Part shown: positions 20,063 through 30,566 of the stretch, piece by piece | Layout: the number at the start of each line of letters is the position of its first letter | How positions within the stretch are numbered: the first letter of the stretch is position 1 | From: Nitrospirota bacterium | GTDB lineage: Bacteria; Nitrospirota; UBA9217 | Assembly: GCA_963754875.1 (NCBI GenBank) | Contig: CAVWHO010000013.1 | Span: 183,263 to 247,262 of the forward strand | Reading direction: 5' to 3' | Length of the DNA stretch: 64,000 bases | The notes under the pieces: generated by a model | Told to the model about the DNA's origin: nothing | Databases searched by the model: none | Seen by the model: only the letters and a program-made list of their open reading frames with translations | Translations under genes and position numbers: made by a program

Positions 20063-20584
20063 ATGGCTCATAAATTATACTTCATAACCGGAGGGGCTCG
20101 CTCAGGAAAGTCCTCTTTTGCAGAGAAGCTGGCTCTCGATAGGGCCGGGAAACGGGCCTATATCGCCACGGCGCAGGCCCTCGACGCCGAGATGTCAGCC
20201 AGGATCGAGCAACACCGGATAAAACGCGGCAATTCGTGGGACACCTACGAGGAACCGCTGGCCGTGGCCGAACTCCTGCGGAAACTTGCGAACCGATATG
20301 AGATAGTGCTCCTCGATTGTCTCACCCTCTGGCTGAGCAATGTCATGGCCCATACCGATGGGGACGGGGCTGTTGCCGCACGAACGGACGAACTGGTGAA
20401 AGCGGCGAAGGACTTCGGCGGCGTCTGCATTGTCGTATCGAACGAAGTCGGCCTCGGGATCGTTCCCGACAATCCGCTTGCCCGGAAGTATCGCGATTTT
20501 GCCGGTATCCTGAACCAGAAAGTAGCGCAAGCCGCGGATGAGGTGTATTTTACCGCGTCCGGGATTCCGGTGAAGATAAAGTGA
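20063..20584 (+). CDS. cobU: Adenosylcobinamide kinase / cobinamide-phosphate guanylyltransferase
   Basis: TGGARSGKS, YIATA, DCLTLWLSN and VSNEVGLG. Confidence 0.95.
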   Translation: MAHKLYFITGGARSGKSSFAEKLALDRAGKRAYIATAQALDAEMSARIEQHRIKRGNSWDTYEEPLAVAELLRKLANRYEIVLLDCLTLWLSNVMAHTDGDGAVAARTDELVKAAKDFGGVCIVVSNEVGLGIVPDNPLARKYRDFAGILNQKVAQAADEVYFTASGIPVKIK

Positions 20585-20638
20585 TTCGAATTCGGAATAC
20601 GGAAAAAATTGTTATTGACGATAGGGAGGTAGCACAAA

Positions 20639-21709
20639 TTGGGCAAATTACAAGAGATACTGAAAAAAATCCAGCCGGTGGACGCATCGAGATCAAACGA
20701 GATCCAGACGCGGCTTGACAACCTGACGAAACCGCAAGGAAGTCTTGGCAGGCTCGAAGAGCTTGCCAAAAAATACTGTCTGATCACCGGCAAGGACAAA
20801 CCACGGATCAAGAACAAAATCATCTTTACGTTTGCCGGTGACCACGGCGTGACCGAGGAGAGCGTGAGCGCTTTCCCGAAAGAAGTGACGCCCCAGATGG
20901 TGCTGAATTTCCTCCGCGGAGGCGCAGGCGTGAACGTGCTGGCGAAACACGTGGGAGCACGGGTGATCGTTGTCGATATGGGGGTCGATTACGACTTCGA
21001 GCCCATGGAAGGGCTGGAGATCCGGAAGATCGGCCGCGGGACGCGGAACATGGCCAAGGGCCCAGCCATGACGCGTGAAGAGGCGGAGCGCGCGGTGCTC
21101 GCCGGGATTGAGCTGGTCGAAAAATATAAAGACGGGCTCGATCTGCTCGGGACCGGGGACATGGGCATCGGGAACACGACGCCTTCATCAGCAATCGTCT
21201 CCGTCATCACCGGCGCTGATCCGGACAAGGTGACGGGCCGTGGCACCGGCATCGACGACGAATCGCTACGCAACAAGGTCGCCATCATCAAAAAGGCGAT
21301 CACCATGAACAACCCCGATCCTAAGGACGCACTCGACGTGCTGGCAAAGGTCGGCGGTTACGAAATTGCTGGCATCGCCGGGCTTGTGCTCGGCGCCGCC
21401 TTGTACAAGGTCCCGGTTGTCGTCGACGGGTTTATCTCCACGGCCGGCGCGCTCATTGCTGCGGAACTGAACCCGCTGGTAAAGGGCTATATCATCGCCG
21501 CCCACCAGTCCGTCGAGATCGGCCACCGCAGGATGCTTGAGCATCTGGAGCAGGTGCCGCTCTTCGATCTGAACCTCAGGCTCGGTGAAGGCACGGGCGC
21601 TGCTCTCGGTATGTCGATCGTAGAAGCCGGTGTGAAAATCCTTGGTGAGATGGCAACCTTTGCCGGTGCCGGGGTGGCCGAGAAGAGCGAAGAAGCGGTA
21701 AAAAAATAA
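20639..21709 (+). CDS. cobT: Nicotinate-nucleotide--dimethylbenzimidazole phosphoribosyltransferase
   Basis: [27 protein letters not shown] and [12 protein letters not shown] start after GGGAGG. Confidence 0.96.
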   Translation: MGKLQEILKKIQPVDASRSNEIQTRLDNLTKPQGSLGRLEELAKKYCLITGKDKPRIKNKIIFTFAGDHGVTEESVSAFPKEVTPQMVLNFLRGGAGVNVLAKHVGARVIVVDMGVDYDFEPMEGLEIRKIGRGTRNMAKGPAMTREEAERAVLAGIELVEKYKDGLDLLGTGDMGIGNTTPSSAIVSVITGADPDKVTGRGTGIDDESLRNKVAIIKKAITMNNPDPKDALDVLAKVGGYEIAGIAGLVLGAALYKVPVVVDGFISTAGALIAAELNPLVKGYIIAAHQSVEIGHRRMLEHLEQVPLFDLNLRLGEGTGAALGMSIVEAGVKILGEMATFAGAGVAEKSEEAVKK

Positions 21710-21878
21710 AGAACATTTCTCCCGGTCCGGACAAGCCGGGGCCAAACGGCATTTACGACAGGCGCCCTGCAAGTCGTGACTGTTCAGCCGAGTTCACAAC
21801 GAAGTCCCGGGTTCGGAAGAGAAGACGTTGTTTATATCGTCCTTTTTGAAATGAACATATTTTCGGGTTGATCGAGCT

Positions 21879-22646
21879 ATGAAAAATTTTATAACCGCAT
21901 TGCAGTTTCTCACGGTGGCCACAGTCAAGAAAGACCACCGTATCGAGGAAGGAGACCTGGCGAAATCCATGGTCTATTTTCCGCTGATTGGTTTTTTGAT
22001 CGGGGTCATCCTGGTCTATGCGGACAAAATCTTCGCTTTCGTCGTCCTACCTCAAAATATCGCGAACCTGTTGCTCGTCGTGATTGCGCTCCTCGTCACG
22101 CGCGCCCTTCATATCGACGGCCTGGCGGACACGCTCGACGGCCTCATGGGAGGCCATGACCAAACTTCCCGGCTTGAGATCATGAAGGATAGCAGGTTGG
22201 GGACTGCCGGCGTGCTCGGCATTGTCTGTGTCCTCTCCCTGAAATATCTGTGTCTCAACAACCTGTACAACAGCGAAAAGATCGGCGCGTTGCTGACTGC
22301 GCCGGTGCTCGCCCGCTGGTCGCAGACGTTTATGGTGTTCGGCACGAACTACGGCCGCGAACAGGGCATGGGCAAGGCATTTGTCGGACATCTCAGGACC
22401 GACAGTTTTGCCGTGGTTTCCGCGATAGCCGCAAGCCTGACCGCATTTGTTATCGTACGGGAGGATTTCAGGTCCCTCGTACTTTTCTTATGCCTGATCG
22501 CGGGGGTCCTCGTGCTGAGCTACGCCGGAAGACGGTACCTGATTCGGAAGCTCGGCGGAATGACGGGTGATGCAATCGGAGCCGTGAGTGAGCTGAACGA
22601 AGTGCTGGTGTTCCTTATCTTTGTGATTTTCTCAAACGGAAGCTAG
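21879..22646 (+). CDS. cobS: Cobalamin synthase
   Basis: LHIDGLADT.DG, IMKDSRLG and GG.TGD..GA. Confidence 0.95.
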   Translation: MKNFITALQFLTVATVKKDHRIEEGDLAKSMVYFPLIGFLIGVILVYADKIFAFVVLPQNIANLLLVVIALLVTRALHIDGLADTLDGLMGGHDQTSRLEIMKDSRLGTAGVLGIVCVLSLKYLCLNNLYNSEKIGALLTAPVLARWSQTFMVFGTNYGREQGMGKAFVGHLRTDSFAVVSAIAASLTAFVIVREDFRSLVLFLCLIAGVLVLSYAGRRYLIRKLGGMTGDAIGAVSELNEVLVFLIFVIFSNGS

Positions 22647-22650
22647 CGCC

Positions 22651-23247
22651 ATGCCGATCAAAGTCTACCTCATGCGTCACGGAGAAGTGGCGAACGGCGG
22701 CGAGAAACGATACAACGGCCACATCGATGTTGACATAACCGGAAACGGCGTTCAGCAAATGTACCGGCTCGCGGGACTGATCGAGGGCAAGAATATTTCG
22801 GCGGTCTATTCCAGCGATCTCATTCGTTCGACAAAAGGCGCAGATATTATTTCCCAACGAATCGGAAAATCGTACACCGCCCTGCGCGAACTGCGGGAGC
22901 GGAGCGTGGGCGCATGGGAAGGTTTGACTGCCGACGAGATCAAGGCCCGTTTCCCCGATGAATACCTGCTCTGGCGCGCCGACCTTCTGAACTACCGTCC
23001 GCCGGGCGGGGAATGTCTGCTTGATGTCAGGGACCGGATCTTGCCGGTTTACCGAAAGCTATTATCTTCTCATCCGGATCAGGTGATCGCCTTGCTGCTC
23101 CACGGAGGCGTGAACCGGGTGATCCTGGCCGATGCTCTTGGTCTGGACATGATGAATCTGTTTCGCGTCGACCAGGCGTACGGCGCGCTGAACATCATCG
23201 ACTACTTTGACGATGGCATGGCCGTTGTCAGGCTTTTGAACGGTTGA
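22651..23247 (+). CDS. cobC: Alpha-ribazole phosphatase (histidine phosphatase family)
   Basis: RHGE, SSDL.R and HGG motifs; position in the cob cluster. Confidence 0.85.
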   Translation: MPIKVYLMRHGEVANGGEKRYNGHIDVDITGNGVQQMYRLAGLIEGKNISAVYSSDLIRSTKGADIISQRIGKSYTALRELRERSVGAWEGLTADEIKARFPDEYLLWRADLLNYRPPGGECLLDVRDRILPVYRKLLSSHPDQVIALLLHGGVNRVILADALGLDMMNLFRVDQAYGALNIIDYFDDGMAVVRLLNG

Positions 23248-23351
23248 GCGTGTAAAGCGAAAACGTCCAGTGCCCGGGGAACGCAAATATAACGTCGAAC
23301 GTAACCATGTGGTCTTAAAAGCAAGAACTGTGCGATGTTACTAGAAAATAA

Positions 23352-23380
23352 TTGACTTTACGAGGATCATGCCGTATTGT
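23352..23380 (+). promoter_or_regulatory. Promoter of the thi operon
   Basis: TTGACT-17 nt-TATTGT just upstream of the riboswitch. Confidence 0.7.
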
Positions 23381-23389
23381 AAATGCACA

Positions 23390-23478
23390 GTATGCTGGGG
23401 GAGCCGAGAGGCTGAGAGTCCTGAATGGACGACCCTTAGAACCTGATCCGGGTAGTGCCGGCGTAGGGAAGGCGGGAA
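23390..23478 (+). ncRNA. TPP riboswitch
   Basis: GGGG...GCTGAGA...ACCC..GAACCTGAT...GGTAGTGCC..CGTAGGGAA consensus upstream of thiS. Confidence 0.96.
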
Positions 23479-23501
23479 TATCATCATCGAAGACCTTTCG
23501 A

Positions 23502-23530
23502 GCCGTATCCTTACCGGATACGGTTTTTTT
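23502..23530 (+). terminator. Terminator of the riboswitch expression platform
   Basis: GCCGTATCC-ttacc-GGATACGGT followed by a T run. Confidence 0.85.
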
Positions 23531-23602
23531 ATTTGCGAGTGGCGAAACCAAGGGCATCAAGAAAAAAAAGGAATCTCTCAGGAGGTTCGCCGGTAAAAAG
23601 CT

Positions 23603-23824
23603 ATGAAGATTACGCTGAATGGAGAAAAAAAGGACGTCCCAGACGACATTACTGTCCACGGCCTTTTGGAAATTCTGAACATACAGCATCAGCGCGTGGC
23701 AGTGGAATTGAACGAGGCCATTGTGAAAAAAGATACGTACGGCGCGACGACGCTCAATGACGGTGATGCACTTGAAGTAGTCAGCTTTATGGGGGGCGGT
23801 GGAACAAAAAGTTCAGAGTTCTGA
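23603..23824 (+). CDS. thiS: Sulfur carrier ThiS with a C-terminal extension
   Basis: MKITLNGE, VAVELN and GD.LEVV.FMGGG, followed by GTKSSEF. Confidence 0.9.
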   Translation: MKITLNGEKKDVPDDITVHGLLEILNIQHQRVAVELNEAIVKKDTYGATTLNDGDALEVVSFMGGGGTKSSEF

Positions 23825-23853
23825 GCCCAAAGTCAAATGAGGAGTAGAGTAAA

Positions 23854-24633
23854 ATGATTGACGACAAACTTGTGATCGCGGGCATTGAATTCCAGTCGCG
23901 GCTCTGGGTCGGGACCGGCAAGTACAAGGATTTTGCTGAGACGAAAAAAGCCATTGAGGTCTCCGGCACAGACGTTGTCACCGTGTCCGTGCGCCGGGTG
24001 AACATCATCGATAAAAACAAGGAAAACCTGCTCGACTATATCGATCCGAAGAAGTACAAGATCCTCCCGAATACCGCGGGTTGCTATACGGCCAAGGACG
24101 CAATCCGTACGGCCATGCTGGCAGCAGAGGCCGGGATCTCGAAGCTCGTGAAGCTCGAAGTGATCGGCGATGATAGAACCCTTTTCCCGGACAACGAGGC
24201 AACGCTCGAGGCAGCAAAGGTGCTGGTGAAGGAGGGGCTTATCGTGTTGCCGTACACGAGTGATGACCCTATCATGGCCAAGAAGCTTGTGGACATCGGC
24301 TGCCCGGCGGTCATGCCGCTTGCCGCTCCCATCGGTTCCGGTCTCGGCATCAGGAACCCCTACAATATCCGGATCATTATGGAAACCGTCAAGGTGCCTA
24401 TTGTCGTCGATGCAGGCGTGGGCACTGCCTCGGATGTGGCTTTGGCCATGGAACTCGGCTGCGATGCCGTTCTCCTCAATACCGCGATTGCCGGCGCCAA
24501 AGACCCCATCGCGATGGCTGAAGCCATGAAGTATGGTGTGCTCGGCGGCAGGCTTGCGTACAAGGCAGGGCGGATACCGAAAAAACTTTACGCCACGGCG
24601 AGCAGTCCGATCGAGGGACTTATCGGCTCTTAG
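23854..24633 (+). CDS. thiG: Thiazole synthase
   Basis: GTGKY, LPNTAGC, KLEVIGD and [13 protein letters not shown]. Confidence 0.97.
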   Translation: MIDDKLVIAGIEFQSRLWVGTGKYKDFAETKKAIEVSGTDVVTVSVRRVNIIDKNKENLLDYIDPKKYKILPNTAGCYTAKDAIRTAMLAAEAGISKLVKLEVIGDDRTLFPDNEATLEAAKVLVKEGLIVLPYTSDDPIMAKKLVDIGCPAVMPLAAPIGSGLGIRNPYNIRIIMETVKVPIVVDAGVGTASDVALAMELGCDAVLLNTAIAGAKDPIAMAEAMKYGVLGGRLAYKAGRIPKKLYATASSPIEGLIGS

Positions 24634-24792
24634 TTTTTACCTCAGAGGGCGCTGAGGAAAAGCATAACTGATGTTCAGAACTCACGGAGTGATGCGCGTG
24701 AGCACGGAGTAATACAGCGGGTTCATTTCGGTTTTAAAAACAGGTGATGAATATTTGGTTTACTCTGCAACCTGCGGTGAAAGGAATCGACT

Positions 24793-25449
24793 TTGGCCGT
24801 TGATTTCAAACTCTATCTGATTACCGACCGGAAGCAAACAACGATGCCGCTTCCCGAAGCCGTGCGGCTCGCGCTTCAAGGCGGCGTTCCGGCCATCCAG
24901 GTCCGGGAGAAGGACCTGCCGATTCGGGAACTGCTTGCCCTTTCGCAGGAACTAAGGGCGCTCACGAAGGAGTTTGGTGCAAAGCTTTTCATCAATGACC
25001 ATGTGGATGTTGCCGTGGCTGTTGGGGCGGACGGGGTCCACCTTGGACATCAGAGTATGCCCACATCAGCAGTCAGGCGTATCCTCGGCAAAAAGATGAT
25101 GCTCGGCGTATCAACGCACACTATAGAAGAGGCGCGTGCTGCTGAATCTGAAGGCGCTGATTTTGTGACGTTCGGCCCGGTTTATGAAACTCCATCAAAA
25201 ATAAAAATTAGTGCTCCAGTGGGATTAGAGCCACTGAGGGATGTAAAAAAGGCTATAGATATCCCTATTTTTGCTTTAGGTGGGATAAAAGGAAGAAATA
25301 TAGGCCATGTTTTGTGGGCAGGCGCATATGGCGTTTCCATGATATCGGCTATTTTTGGAGCAGCGGACATACAGAAGACGGCAAAGAACATAACTGAAAT
25401 GATCAAAATTGTTGACCGGTCTATCTGCGTTCAGTGCGGCCGCAGGTGA
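24793..25449 (+). CDS. thiE: Thiamine-phosphate synthase
   Basis: LYLITD, Q.REK, DGVHLG, GVSTH, GPVYET.SK and ALGGI; TTG start after AAGGA. Confidence 0.9.
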   Translation: MAVDFKLYLITDRKQTTMPLPEAVRLALQGGVPAIQVREKDLPIRELLALSQELRALTKEFGAKLFINDHVDVAVAVGADGVHLGHQSMPTSAVRRILGKKMMLGVSTHTIEEARAAESEGADFVTFGPVYETPSKIKISAPVGLEPLRDVKKAIDIPIFALGGIKGRNIGHVLWAGAYGVSMISAIFGAADIQKTAKNITEMIKIVDRSICVQCGRR

Positions 25450-25500
25450 AGGATTGCCGGAGTGACGACGTTCAGAAACAGGAATGAATCGAGGTGCGGA

Positions 25501-26820
25501 ATGACTCAGATACTGGAAGCGAGAAAAGGGAATATCACTCCCGAGATGGAGGCTGTGGCCCGTTCCGAGGGTGTGGCGATAGGGCATGTTGTAGAAGGAG
25601 TTGCCAAAGGCACGATCGTCATTACGAGAAATAATCGGCATACCTCCATCACACCGCTCGGCGTCGGCAGGGGGCTCAGGACCAAGGTCAACGCCAACAT
25701 CGGCACCTCGAAGGACCGGATGTCCATTGAAGGCGAGATCGAAAAGCTTAAGGTTGCCGTTGCCTCGGGCGCTGATGCGGTCATGGACCTCTCAACCGGA
25801 GGACCGATCGTCGGGATTCGCAAGGAAATTCTGAAACAATCTACGGTTTCCGTCGGCACCGTACCGATCTACCAGGCCGCGGTCGAAACCGTTGAACAGG
25901 GGAAACCGATCGTCCAGATGGATCCTGACCTTCTGTTCCGGGTGATCGAACAGCAGGCCGAAGAAGGCGTGGATTTTGTCACCGTGCACTGCGGCGTCAC
26001 CACGGCGAGCCTGGAGAGGCTCAAAAAGCAGGGCAGGATCATGGACGTCGTCAGCCGGGGCGGTGCTTTCCACATAGAATGGATCATTTATAATGAGAAG
26101 GAGAACCCTCTCTTTACGCAGTATGACCGGCTGATCGAGATCGCGAAACGATACGATGTGACCCTTTCGCTCGGCGACGGCATGCGGCCGGGATGCCTTG
26201 CCGATGCCACGGACCGTGCCCAGATCGAAGAGTTGATCACGCTCGGGGAACTGCGCGATATTGCCCACGAGGCAGGCGTGCAGGTCATGATCGAAGGACC
26301 GGGCCACGTGCCGATCAACCAGGTCGAGACGAACATGAAGATTCAGAAGGAGCTCTGCAAGGGAGCGCCCTTCTACGTACTGGGACCGCTTGTGACCGAC
26401 GTGGCTCCGGGCTATGACCATATAACCTCCGCCATAGGCGGTGCCATAGCGGGCGCGGCCGGCGCCGACTTCCTTTGCTATGTAACGCCGTCCGAACATC
26501 TGCGTTTGCCGGACCTCGATGATGTGCGGGAAGGAGTCATCGCCTCCCGCATCGCGGCCCATGCTGCGGACATCGCAAAGGGTGTGAAGGGCGCAATGGA
26601 TTGGGACAACGAAATGGCGCGGCGGCGCAAGGCGCTTGATTGGAAAGGCCAGATCGAGCTCTCGATCAATCCCGAGCGGGCGCGAAAACTGCGCGAATCG
26701 AGCATGCCGAAAGAATCGGACGTCTGTACCATGTGCGGGGAGTTCTGCTCCATGAAGGGGATGTCGCAGTATCTGAAGAAAGAAGACAGCAGCCGGAAAA
26801 CAGAAGTTAAAAAAACGTAG
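25501..26820 (+). CDS. thiC: Phosphomethylpyrimidine synthase
   Basis: KVNANIGTS, MDLSTGG, VSRGG, EGPGH and CTMCGEFC; lies in the TPP-regulated operon. Confidence 0.96.
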   Translation: MTQILEARKGNITPEMEAVARSEGVAIGHVVEGVAKGTIVITRNNRHTSITPLGVGRGLRTKVNANIGTSKDRMSIEGEIEKLKVAVASGADAVMDLSTGGPIVGIRKEILKQSTVSVGTVPIYQAAVETVEQGKPIVQMDPDLLFRVIEQQAEEGVDFVTVHCGVTTASLERLKKQGRIMDVVSRGGAFHIEWIIYNEKENPLFTQYDRLIEIAKRYDVTLSLGDGMRPGCLADATDRAQIEELITLGELRDIAHEAGVQVMIEGPGHVPINQVETNMKIQKELCKGAPFYVLGPLVTDVAPGYDHITSAIGGAIAGAAGADFLCYVTPSEHLRLPDLDDVREGVIASRIAAHAADIAKGVKGAMDWDNEMARRRKALDWKGQIELSINPERARKLRESSMPKESDVCTMCGEFCSMKGMSQYLKKEDSSRKTEVKKT

Positions 26821-26850
26821 GGTAATTTCTGTAAAGCGAAAGGCGCCATA

Positions 26851-27703
26851 ATGAACAGGTTCAAGAAAATTCTCATTCTCACAGCAGTACTATGCCTGCC
26901 GTACATTGTGCATGCGCAGGGGAAAACGGTCCAGCCTGAGATCACCTTTGCCCCCGCAAAGCCCGGACCGGGCGATCTTTTGGTCGTTACGGTCAAAAAC
27001 GCAGCCGGCCCGGTAGAAGGAACGTTTAACGGCAAAAAAATTTATTTTAATCCGTCGAAGGAGTCGCTCAAGGCGATCGTGGCCGTTGATTACTTTACCA
27101 AACCCGGGAAATACGATTTGGACATCTCTTCGAACGGAGTTGTTCGCAAGGAAGTGGTAGAAGTCGTCGAGAAGGAATATGAGGTCCAGCATTTGACCCT
27201 TCCCAGGAAGATGGTGGAGCTTTCTCCCCGGGATGAGGCCAGGGCCGAGCGGGAGCAGCGCAGGATGGCGGCAATCTGGCCGAAGGAGACAACCCGTTCC
27301 TGGAGGGGCGACTTTGTCAGTCCGCTGGACGGTGATATCATTACTCCTTTCGGCGTCCGGAGGATCATCAATAATATTCCGAAAAGCCCGCACACCGGCG
27401 TGGATGTGAGAGGGAAAGAAGGCGACAAAATAGTCGCTCCGAACGACGCAGTAGTCGCCCTCATCGACAACGAGTTTTTTTCGCGGCACGTCGCTGGTGC
27501 TGAATCACGGCCAGGGCATTTATACGATGTTCTTCCACCTCTCCAAGGTCCTTGTCAAGCCGGGGCAGACCGTCAAAAAAGGGGATGTCATTGCGCTCGT
27601 CGGCGAGACCGGCCGCGCCACGGGACCCCACCTGCACTGGGGCGTGCGGGTGCAGGGAGCGCGCGTCGATCCTCTGGAACTGGTCCATTTAAAGCTGGAG
27701 TAA
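26851..27703 (+). CDS. M23 family metallopeptidase; frameshift near 27480
   Basis: Signal peptide and HTGVD; the TGRATGPHLHW motif is in ORF 27497-27703. Confidence 0.88.
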
Positions 27704-27817
27704 ATTTTAAATCAACAGCCTTTCCTACTGCAGAGGACACAGAGGTCATTGGTTACCTATTGTAGGTGGGAGCCCTTTTTTCTTTGCATGGCGGCGAATC
27801 CCGCGAAAAAAATCTCA

Positions 27818-28585
27818 ATGATCAAAGTCCTCTCTATAGCCGGCTCCGACCCATCCTCAGGCGCGGGCATCCAGGTCGATCTCAAGACCTTCCAGTCCCT
27901 CGGCATCTTTGGTATGGCCCTGCCTGCCGCGCTCACGGTTCAGAACAGCCGCGGTGTCTTTGGCGTTGAGGCAGTATCGTCTAGGATGCTTTTTCAACAA
28001 CTTGAAGTTCTCCTTTCCGACAGCAGACCTGATGCAATAAAGACCGGCATGCTTTTAACAAAAGAGAATGTTGAAGTCGTGGCCAAAGCTGTAAAAAAAT
28101 ATTCGATCAAGAGTCTTATAATAGACCCTGTGCTGAAATCAAGCTCAGGCAGGCCCTTGCTTCAGACGGCAGCTGTCAGATCCCTCGTTGACAAACTATT
28201 CCCTCTGGCCCTGATCGTTACGCCGAATATTCCCGAGGCAGAGGTTTTGGCAGGAATGTCGATAAGATCGGAAGGGGACATGGATTATGCGGCGGGACGG
28301 ATCCTTGATACAGGTCCGACGTATGTCCTTATCAAAGGCGGTCATTGGTCCGGACCGGCAACGGACACCCTGTACGGCGGTAAAACCGTGCTCAGCTTTT
28401 CCACATTGCGGAGAAAAGGCGAATTTCACGGCACCGGCTGTGTCCTTTCCTCGGCAATCGCGGTGTTCATAGCACGGGGATTGCCTGTGGAAAAGGCTGT
28501 GGGAAAAGCAAAACAGTTTGTGGATAAGATGTTGAAAACCGTGGAACCGGTGGGGAAGGGGAAGACCAAGTACTTTCAATTCTAA
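27818..28585 (+). CDS. thiD: HMP/HMP-P kinase
   Basis: IAGSDPSSGAGIQ.DLK, TPNIPEAE and HGTGC. Confidence 0.93.
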   Translation: MIKVLSIAGSDPSSGAGIQVDLKTFQSLGIFGMALPAALTVQNSRGVFGVEAVSSRMLFQQLEVLLSDSRPDAIKTGMLLTKENVEVVAKAVKKYSIKSLIIDPVLKSSSGRPLLQTAAVRSLVDKLFPLALIVTPNIPEAEVLAGMSIRSEGDMDYAAGRILDTGPTYVLIKGGHWSGPATDTLYGGKTVLSFSTLRRKGEFHGTGCVLSSAIAVFIARGLPVEKAVGKAKQFVDKMLKTVEPVGKGKTKYFQF

Positions 28586-28595
28586 CGAGTCACTA

Positions 28596-29756
28596 GTATC
28601 TTGACAAATTAATAACGAAACATTATACTATACTTCATGAGACAAGTTAAAATGCAACTTACCGAAGAAGATCGAGCCACTCTAAAGCCATTTCGTGCCA
28701 AGGGGCAGCATATGGCCAGAGAATTCAATCGCGCACATATATTATCGGCTTTAGACCAAAACGTACCTGAAAAGCAAATCATGTTAGTTCTGGGTGTTGG
28801 TCGAACCGCCATTTGGCGCACCCGCTCTGCCTACCTGGAAAAAGGCTTGGCTTATGCTTTGCATGATGTCGAGCGGCCTGGGCAACCGATACTATATGGA
28901 ACCGATCAGCAGGCCGAGGTCGTGGCTTTGGCCTGTAGCGCACCTCCGAAGGGCGCCAAGCGCTGGACAATCGACTTGTTGACCAAAGCAGCGAGACGGC
29001 GACCGAAACTTAAAAATATTAGTCGTGAAAGCATTCGTCTCTTTCTAAAAAAAACGACTGCAAACCCTGGCGCAGGTTGATGTGGTGCATTGGTAAATTG
29101 ACCACGGAATATCGCCAAAGGATGTATGATTTGCTGGATCTTTACGCAAGACCTTATCAGGAGAACGAGCCGGTGGTCTGCGTAGACGAAAAGAGCAAGC
29201 AACTTTTGGAACAACCACGGGCACCGATTCCAGCCAGCCCGGGAAATCCGACCAAAGAAGATTACGAGTATAAGCGTGCTGGTACCCGTAACATTTTCAT
29301 GGCGATTGAACCTAAGGGCGGACACAGGCAGGCGGAAGTAACAGCCCATCGCACAAAGAGTGATTTTGTGCAGTTCATCAGTCATTTGGTGAAAAAAGTC
29401 TATGCAAGAGCGCAGAAGATTCATCTGGTGCTGGATAATCTTAATACTCATTTCCGCAGCAGTTTTGAAGAAGTATTGGGTGTTAAACGAGCGACCCAAT
29501 TGTTGGACAGGGTAGAATTTCATTACACTCCCAAGCATGCCAGTTGGCTCAATATGGCCGAAATTGAAATCGGAATCATGGATCGACAATGTACTGGGTG
29601 TCGATTGCCAAACGAACAAACCCTTCGGGCGGAAATTGTCGCGTGGAGTGACCGTCGCAATCAAGCCCGATCAACAATAGATTGGAGATTCACGCGACAA
29701 GATGCTGATCAGAAGCTATCTCGTCATTATGTTTCGTAATTAACTTGTTGCAATAC
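28596..29756 (+). mobile_element. Complete IS630-family insertion sequence (~1161 bp)
   Basis: Imperfect terminal inverted repeats GTATCTTGACAAATTAATAACGAAACAT / GTATTGCAACAAGTTAATTACGAAACAT; TA at 28594-28595 and 29757-29758, both within CTAG; lower GC than the flanks. Confidence 0.93.
28637..29739 (+). CDS. IS630 transposase, two ORFs joined by a probable -1 frameshift at the A8 run (29047-29054)
   Basis: HTH ORF 28637-29080 and DDE ORF 29077-29739 (VCVDE, LDNLNTH, WLNMAE); the fusion reads LKKNDCKPWR. Confidence 0.9.
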
Positions 29757-29858
29757 TAGGGAGGCGCGGAATCGCGGAGAAAGACCGAATGTACTCTCGT
29801 GAAAATTTCGTTGTGTCTTCAGTGGCTGTGGCCATGAATTAATTAAGGGGGGACGTAC

Positions 29859-30566
29859 ATGCGTGTTGACGGCAGGAAGGCGGACGAACTCCGCAAAGTA
29901 AAGATCACCAGAAACTATATCAAGACCGCAGAGGGTTCGGTGCTGATCGAAATGGGCGACACAAAGGTCATTTGCACGGCCACGGTCGAGAATTCGGTCC
30001 CGCCGTTCTTACGGGGCAAGGGCACCGGCTGGGTCACGGCCGAGTACGCCATGCTGCCGAGATCGTCTGCGCAGCGCATCCAGCGGGAACGGAGCAAGGT
30101 GGGCGGCCGCACGCACGAGATCCAGCGGCTCATCGGCAGATCGCTCCGTTCCGTCGTGGACATGACCGCGCTCGGAGAACGGTCGGTGCTAATCGACTGC
30201 GACGTGGTCCAGGCAGACGGAGGAACGCGGACTGCATCGATCACGGGCGCCTATGTTGCACTGGTGGATGCGCTCCGTCATATCGAAAAACAGGGGCTGA
30301 TCGAAACTGTCCCGGTCATGGACTATCTTGCCGCGATCAGCGTCGGTATCGTGGGCGGGAAACCCATGCTCGACCTTTGCTACTTCGAGGACTCGACCGC
30401 CGAAGTGGACATGAACCTGGTGATGACCGGTAAAGGCGGGATCGTGGAAGTGCAGGGCACGGCGGAAGGCAAGCCGTTCTCGAAAAATGAATTGGACACA
30501 CTCCTCGCCCTGGGAGAGAAAGGCAACAAGGCGCTCGTGAAGAAGCAGAAAGACCTGCTCAAATGA
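29859..30566 (+). CDS. rph: Ribonuclease PH
   Basis: [25 protein letters not shown] and [13 protein letters not shown]. Confidence 0.97.
   Translation: MRVDGRKADELRKVKITRNYIKTAEGSVLIEMGDTKVICTATVENSVPPFLRGKGTGWVTAEYAMLPRSSAQRIQRERSKVGGRTHEIQRLIGRSLRSVVDMTALGERSVLIDCDVVQADGGTRTASITGAYVALVDALRHIEKQGLIETVPVMDYLAAISVGIVGGKPMLDLCYFEDSTAEVDMNLVMTGKGGIVEVQGTAEGKPFSKNELDTLLALGEKGNKALVKKQKDLLK

Noticed and set aside
21710..21878. Cobalamin riboswitch between cobT and cobS
   Set aside because: No B12 box or GGGAA/GCCACTG core; only short hairpins and half a REP unit.
25501..26820. ThiC homolog as benzimidazole synthase BzaF/BzaAB because cob genes are close
   Set aside because: It lies inside the TPP-riboswitch operon among thi genes.
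26851..27703. M23 peptidase as the ThiS-trimming protease
   Set aside because: It has a signal peptide and belongs to an exported peptidoglycan hydrolase family, whereas ThiS is cytoplasmic.
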